From Vampirovibrionales bacterium (lineage in GTDB: Bacteria; Cyanobacteriota; Vampirovibrionia; Vampirovibrionales; JAJTHC01), in NCBI GenBank assembly GCA_044371965.1, contig JBILSS010000003.1, forward strand, positions 1 to 38,789: a stretch of DNA of 38,789 nucleotides. The letters are read 5' to 3'. The notes under the pieces were generated by a model, which did not search any database, was not told where the DNA came from, and was given only the letters and a program-made list of their open reading frames with translations. Shown in pieces: positions 34,318 through 38,789 of this stretch. The number at the start of each line of letters is the position of its first letter. Position 1 is the stretch's first letter. A program made the translations under genes and the position numbers.

Positions 34318-34953
34318 TTAAATTTTATTTTCGGTGCCTGCCATCAGTCGTTTGATATTGTCCCGATGACGTAAGAATACCAAAATACAAGCCGCCACCG
34401 TGAAACTCAGGTAAGGCTTAGGCGAGCCGAAGAGGTACATCACAGGCGTTGCTAAAAACGCCGCCGTCAAGGAAGCAATCGACACCACCCGAGTGCTTAA
34501 AATCAAGGTAACGGCAAGCACACCAAGTACTAAGGCGGAATAGGGCGATAGGGCAAAAATTACACCGAGGGAACTCATCGCACTTTTACCACCTTTAAAG
34601 CCTAAAAACACTGATTTTGAATGCCCGACAATGGCAATAATACCTATCAGCACATGCAACCAAGATTCTTGAGGCAAGAGGTATCTTAAGAGTAGAACAG
34701 GTAGGGCGGCTTTAATGAAATCAAGGGCGTAAACAGCAAGTCCGGCATTTTTCCCACACAGACGCATCACATTCGTGCCACCTGTATTTCCACTGCCTTC
34801 TTGGGTAATATCCTTGTTATAAAAGAGTTTGGCGACCAAGTAACCCATCGGAATCGCACCCATGAGGTAGCCTAGTAAAAGGGACCCTCCCCAAATAAGA
34901 GGCATCGGCGTATGTTCTAAAAAGCGTTCAATCATCAGCGATTTCCTAAACAA
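34318..34953 (-). CDS. plsY: Glycerol-3-phosphate acyltransferase PlsY
   Basis: GYLMGAIP, GSGNTGGTN, FKGGK, HRDNIKRL..GTE. Confidence 0.95.
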   Translation of the reverse strand: MFRKSLMIERFLEHTPMPLIWGGSLLLGYLMGAIPMGYLVAKLFYNKDITQEGSGNTGGTNVMRLCGKNAGLAVYALDFIKAALPVLLLRYLLPQESWLHVLIGIIAIVGHSKSVFLGFKGGKSAMSSLGVIFALSPYSALVLGVLAVTLILSTRVVSIASLTAAFLATPVMYLFGSPKPYLSFTVAACILVFLRHRDNIKRLMAGTENKI

Positions 34954-35053
34954 GACGTTTACGTCTAAACTAAGTCTTCTATATTGTAACGCAAGCGAAG
35001 ATTTTACACCACATATTTTTTACGCTCGCTAATGATGTCGTGTTTTAAAGAGA

Positions 35054-35078
35054 TATAGCCGAGTTTAGAGTTTTCTAT
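35054..35078 (+). repeat. Second, partial copy of the MITE left end
   Basis: TATAGCCGAGTTTAGAGTTTTCTAT matches 24277-24301 at 23/25 positions. Confidence 0.65.
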
Positions 35079-35108
35079 CAGATGGCTTCAAGTAACAAAG
35101 TGGCGGGG

Positions 35109-35134
35109 AGATCCTTCGTTGCACTCAGGATGAC
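35109..35134. repeat. REP-like half element
   Basis: AGATCCTTCGTTGCACTCAGGATGAC resembles the widespread GTCATCCTGAGCG-type extragenic repeats. Confidence 0.5.
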
Positions 35135-35282
35135 GACTTGCTTTTCTATGCTGTTTTCAAGGAGCCACTCTTTTTCAGTATGACAAAGGGAAGCGTCTTT
35201 TGAATAGTGCCTAAAACCCACGATTTTTTTTGTTTGAGATACAATAAAACTCAAACCCTGTGGAAGCCTTGAGGATAATAAA

Positions 35283-35996
35283 ATGCCAACAGAAATGACC
35301 TTTTTATATTGTGACGAAAGTTGCCACTTAGAACATGATCATCAACCCAATATGGTTTTAGGAGCCATGGCTTGTTCTCAAAAAAATGTTGCTAAAACAC
35401 ATAAGGCACTTCGTCAAATTAAAGAAGCGTATGGCATGAAGGGTATCGATGTCAAATGGAATAAGGTTTCTCCTGCCAAGTTAGATTTTTACTTGGCATG
35501 GGTGGATTATTTTTTTGATAATGATGCCTTACGTTTTAGAGGATTGGTTGCTCACAAGGCTGATTTAAAGCATGAGCAGTATCATCAAAAACATGAAGAC
35601 TGGTACTATAAAATGTATTATTATTTACTCGACCGCCACATTCATAATCAAGGATGTTTTCATATTTTCTTAGATATTAAAGATACCTGCGGATCTCAAC
35701 GAAGAGACAAGCTCAAAACAGTTTTATGTAATGCGAATCATGATTTTCAAATGGACTTAATTCGAGATATTCAAGCCGTGCATTCCCATGAAGTCGAACT
35801 GATTCAATTGACGGATCTACTATTGGGAGCGGTTATGGCTCATAATCGTCCGAATCCAGCTGAAAGTTTAGCGAAACAAAAGCTAATTGAGCATATTCAA
35901 AAACGTAGTGGTTACACACTCAAACATTCTACCCCACTGGGCGAAGTAAAGTTCAACCTCTTTCACTGGCAAGCTAGAAAAGCGGAGGGAAACTAA
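35283..35996 (+). CDS. DUF3800 domain protein (predicted RNase H-like fold)
   Basis: N-terminal YCDES, .KWNKVS and C-terminal IQLTDLLLGA motifs. Confidence 0.88.
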   Translation: MPTEMTFLYCDESCHLEHDHQPNMVLGAMACSQKNVAKTHKALRQIKEAYGMKGIDVKWNKVSPAKLDFYLAWVDYFFDNDALRFRGLVAHKADLKHEQYHQKHEDWYYKMYYYLLDRHIHNQGCFHIFLDIKDTCGSQRRDKLKTVLCNANHDFQMDLIRDIQAVHSHEVELIQLTDLLLGAVMAHNRPNPAESLAKQKLIEHIQKRSGYTLKHSTPLGEVKFNLFHWQARKAEGN

Positions 35997-36499
35997 TGTC
36001 TGTTCAAAACAATAGCCTCCCTAGTTGGTTACCTGCTTTTGTTGAAATGAGAAACTGGGATACTTATTTAGTCGATCTTGTTAGCCTTTTTGAAGAAGAC
36101 TGGGAGAACGCCCCTCCTCAATTTCAAGGATTGCCTGTTCGTTATGATCACGTTAAAAATAACCTCCAAGTGCCAAAAGGTATTTGGAAAGTGATTTCTC
36201 AAGAATCACCGAACACGGGGCAACGTATTTTTGACTCAATTAGAGGAGAACGTATTTTATGGATTCGTTCCATTATAGAAGCATATGCAGAAGGGGAAGC
36301 AGACGTCCTTCACTATACACAAACAACAAAAAATAGTAAAAACCGTACTGTGACTCGGGATATTTTATTTCTTGATATTGAACACTATTGCCATGAAATT
36401 ATTTTAGAAAGAAAAAAAGACTACTATTATCTAGTATCTATGTTTCAGATTAGGGAAGATTGTAAAAAATGGAGGGCTTATAGCCGAAGATCCCCCTAA
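35996..36499 (+). CDS. Conserved hypothetical partner of DUF3800
   Basis: TAATG-coupled. Motifs R.ERI.WIR.IIE and ILERKKDYYYLVSMF. Confidence 0.7.
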   Translation: MSVQNNSLPSWLPAFVEMRNWDTYLVDLVSLFEEDWENAPPQFQGLPVRYDHVKNNLQVPKGIWKVISQESPNTGQRIFDSIRGERILWIRSIIEAYAEGEADVLHYTQTTKNSKNRTVTRDILFLDIEHYCHEIILERKKDYYYLVSMFQIREDCKKWRAYSRRSP

Positions 36500-36570
36500 A
36501 AACAGACTGACGCCCCTACTAAGCAGGGACGTCTATCCGAACTCCTTTGACAACATGGTCAATGAGCCTC
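36498..36570 (-). ncRNA. Candidate DUF3800-associated small RNA, convergent with the operon
   Basis: Two hairpins that pair better on the minus strand (G-U instead of A-C), a terminal T5 tract, and an upstream TTGACT-17-CAAAAT (36605-36577). Confidence 0.6.
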
Positions 36571-36726
36571 AGTAGTATTTTGACTCACTAGAAACATAAA
36601 GTCAAGCAAATGACACAAAAATACACATTTCGTTTGATCTGTCAAGTTATTTTCACATTGGTTATTGAAAACACATTAAACCCCCTACCCCACGAGGCTA
36701 GTCTATTCGCTAACCCTTAAAGCAAT

Positions 36727-37560
36727 CTAGCCCTTCGCTCCGCCTTGCGACTGGATGAGATAACGTTGCATCACCCCGAAAAACAACAACGACGGCAACA
36801 ACATCAAGACCGTGCCAGCGGAAATTTGTCGCCAGTCACTGCTAAATTGACCCTGCAACTGCACCAAGCCTGTCGTCAATGTCAAAGTCTCGGGTTCATT
36901 TGTCAACAGCGATGCCCATAAAAAGTCGCCCCACACCGCAATAAAGCTAAAAATCGTTAACGTCACCAAAGTCGGCTGAATCAAGGGCATAATCACCCCG
37001 AAAATTCGCTGAAATAAAGACGCTCCATCCAATAACGCCGCCTCTTCATAATAAGGAGGCAGGTTGTCGACGGCATCTTTCACCATTAAAATGCCAAAAC
37101 CACTGACGCAAAACGGCAACGCCAACCCGATCCACAAGGGAATCATGCCTGAACGAGCCGTCAAACCCAGTTGCAAGACGCTTTTGTACAAAGGGATCAT
37201 CAACACTTCAAAGGGGACGAACATCGTGGCGAAAATCAGCCCAAAAAAGAGCGTCTTGCCCTTAAAGTCAAAGCGACTGAGGGCAATGCCTGCTAAAACG
37301 GCGTTCAGCACATTACCAAAGCTCGCCAACGTGGTGACCACCAGCGAATTAACGAAGAATTGAAGCATGGGTAACGCCTGCCAGACCTTCACATAATGTT
37401 CAAACGTGGGATGCAACGGCACCCATTGCGGAGGCGTCGTAAACAAGGCTTCTTCGGAGCCTTTGAAGGAGGTCGACAGCATCCACAAAAAGGGCATCAC
37501 AGCGACGAGTATAAAAAATGCTCGTCCCAAATAGCGGAGCCACGGGTTCTTCGCTTGCAT
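36727..37560 (-). CDS. Carbohydrate ABC transporter permease (MalG-type)
   Basis: PFLWMLSTSFK, EEAALLDGAS loop, WGDFLW. Confidence 0.92.
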   Translation of the reverse strand: MQAKNPWLRYLGRAFFILVAVMPFLWMLSTSFKGSEEALFTTPPQWVPLHPTFEHYVKVWQALPMLQFFVNSLVVTTLASFGNVLNAVLAGIALSRFDFKGKTLFFGLIFATMFVPFEVLMIPLYKSVLQLGLTARSGMIPLWIGLALPFCVSGFGILMVKDAVDNLPPYYEEAALLDGASLFQRIFGVIMPLIQPTLVTLTIFSFIAVWGDFLWASLLTNEPETLTLTTGLVQLQGQFSSDWRQISAGTVLMLLPSLLFFGVMQRYLIQSQGGAKG

Positions 37561-38438
37561 TAAGATGCCCCCTTGCTTTCGCTATGCTCTGCCGTTAAAC
37601 GTTTTTGAATGAGGGTTAAAATCACGATTAAGACGGCGAAAATGAGTCCTGCGGCGGCGGCGATGCCCAAGTCCAAACGCTGAAAGGCTCGTTCATACAG
37701 GTAGAAAATCAGCGTTTTGGACGCCCCAATCGGTCCGCCGCCTGTGAGGATGTAGACTTCGCTGAAGATCTTCAGGCTCCCGAGCGTGCAGATCATCGCC
37801 ACAAGAGCCAGCATGCCCTTGAGCTGGGGCAGGGTGATGAAGTAAAAGCGTTGCAAGGCATTCGCTCCGTCGAGTTCCGCCGATTCATACATCGCCTTGG
37901 GGATGCCTTCCAAGCGAGTAATCAGCATCATCATATAGTAGGCACTGGCTTTCCACACCACGACCAACGCAATCGCAGGCAAGACCCAGTTAGGCGAACT
38001 CAACCACGGCACGCTTGGCAAGTGCAAAATCGCCAAGCCACTATTGAGCAAGCCTTCGCCTGCGAGCAACCACTTCCACAGCATCCCAGCGACGACCATA
38101 CTGATGACCACAGGCAGGTAAACCATCACTCGTAGGAGGCTCACGGCTTTAAAGCGTCCCGCAAAGAGCAGTGCCATAGCGGTGGACAAAAGCAAAACCG
38201 CTGGTAGAATATAGACCAGCAAAACGAGGGTATTCCAGAGAGCTTGGGCAAAATCAGGCGATGTCAAAACGCTGGTATAATTGGCGATGCCCACCCATTG
38301 CGGCGTGTAAAGATTATGCGTAAAATCTAGCCCACTCATCGAAACGGCTTGAATCAGGGGGACGACAAACACAAGCATCAAGCTTAAAAAGGGCAGGCTC
38401 AAGAGTAGGAAAGGAGCGATTTTGGCTTTAGACGACAT
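37560..38438 (-). CDS. Carbohydrate ABC transporter permease (MalF/UgpA-type)
   Basis: WVGIANY, YESAELDGA, TGGGP. Confidence 0.92.
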   Translation of the reverse strand: MSSKAKIAPFLLLSLPFLSLMLVFVVPLIQAVSMSGLDFTHNLYTPQWVGIANYTSVLTSPDFAQALWNTLVLLVYILPAVLLLSTAMALLFAGRFKAVSLLRVMVYLPVVISMVVAGMLWKWLLAGEGLLNSGLAILHLPSVPWLSSPNWVLPAIALVVVWKASAYYMMMLITRLEGIPKAMYESAELDGANALQRFYFITLPQLKGMLALVAMICTLGSLKIFSEVYILTGGGPIGASKTLIFYLYERAFQRLDLGIAAAAGLIFAVLIVILTLIQKRLTAEHSESKGAS

Positions 38439-38452
38439 GAAGCACCCCCTAC

Positions 38453-38789
38453 TTAAGTGGACTTACTGCTGGCTAGGCGAGGATCCAAGACGACCAGTAA
38501 GGCATCCGCCAAGGCATTGCCGATGACCAGCATAATGCTAGACAGCACCAAGCTTGCCATGACCATATTCGCATCGCCAGCCAACGCCGCTTGATACATC
38601 TGCAAGCCAATACCAGGGTAGCCTAGCACGGTTTCAACCAGCACGGCTCCGCCGAATAAGCTTGCGAATTCAAAGCCCAAAATCGTCACCAGCGGATTCA
38701 ACGCATTGCGAACAGCGTGCTTCCAAATTACCAGCCATTCTTGGACGCCACGGCTACGCATGGCAAAAATGTAGTCTTGTGAAAGCACT
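38453..38789 (-). CDS. Peptide/nickel ABC transporter permease (DppB/OppB-type), 3' part
   Basis: LSQDYI..RSRG, KHAVRNALNP, GGAVLVETVLGYPGIG, LDPR. Runs off the window edge. Confidence 0.9.
   Translation of the reverse strand, partial: VLSQDYIFAMRSRGVQEWLVIWKHAVRNALNPLVTILGFEFASLFGGAVLVETVLGYPGIGLQMYQAALAGDANMVMASLVLSSIMLVIGNALADALLVVLDPRLASSKST

Overview
The left ~23.2 kb is the right-hand part of an integrated prophage-like element with every gene on the minus strand. It is bounded by a 3' fragment of tRNA-Gly(TCC) at 23210-23264, a probable att site. Read in transcription order it carries small early ORFs, a DUF1376/YdaU-like replication protein, a Mor-like activator, a putative cos site and lambda-type TerS/TerL. 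A block of accessory ORFs (YfdP/YfdQ-like, ASCH, LuxR-type) then sits where head genes normally lie. After it come a tape measure protein, a stand-alone and apparently inactivated copy of the TerL nuclease domain, hicAB, a P2-type tail/baseplate set in rearranged order, a tail fibre, a holin-like gene and an amidase. No portal, capsid, sheath, tube, integrase or repressor is visible in the window. A conserved promoter-like motif (TGCCCAAGAAA-N17-TAnnnT) heads four modules. The right ~15.5 kb is host chromosome: tyrA, recG, mtnP, motA, gpsA, plsY and ABC permeases. The host could be a non-photosynthetic cyanobacterial relative such as Vampirovibrionia, but this is weak inference. Three accessory insertions interrupt the host genes: an ABC-ATPase/TOPRIM fusion (PARIS/OLD-like), a type II R-M pair coupled to recG, and a DUF3800 + partner operon followed by a convergent small structured RNA. 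The best candidates for new biology are the dead terminase-nuclease cassette with its structured leader, the DUF3800/partner/ncRNA module, and the head-less modular architecture of the prophage.
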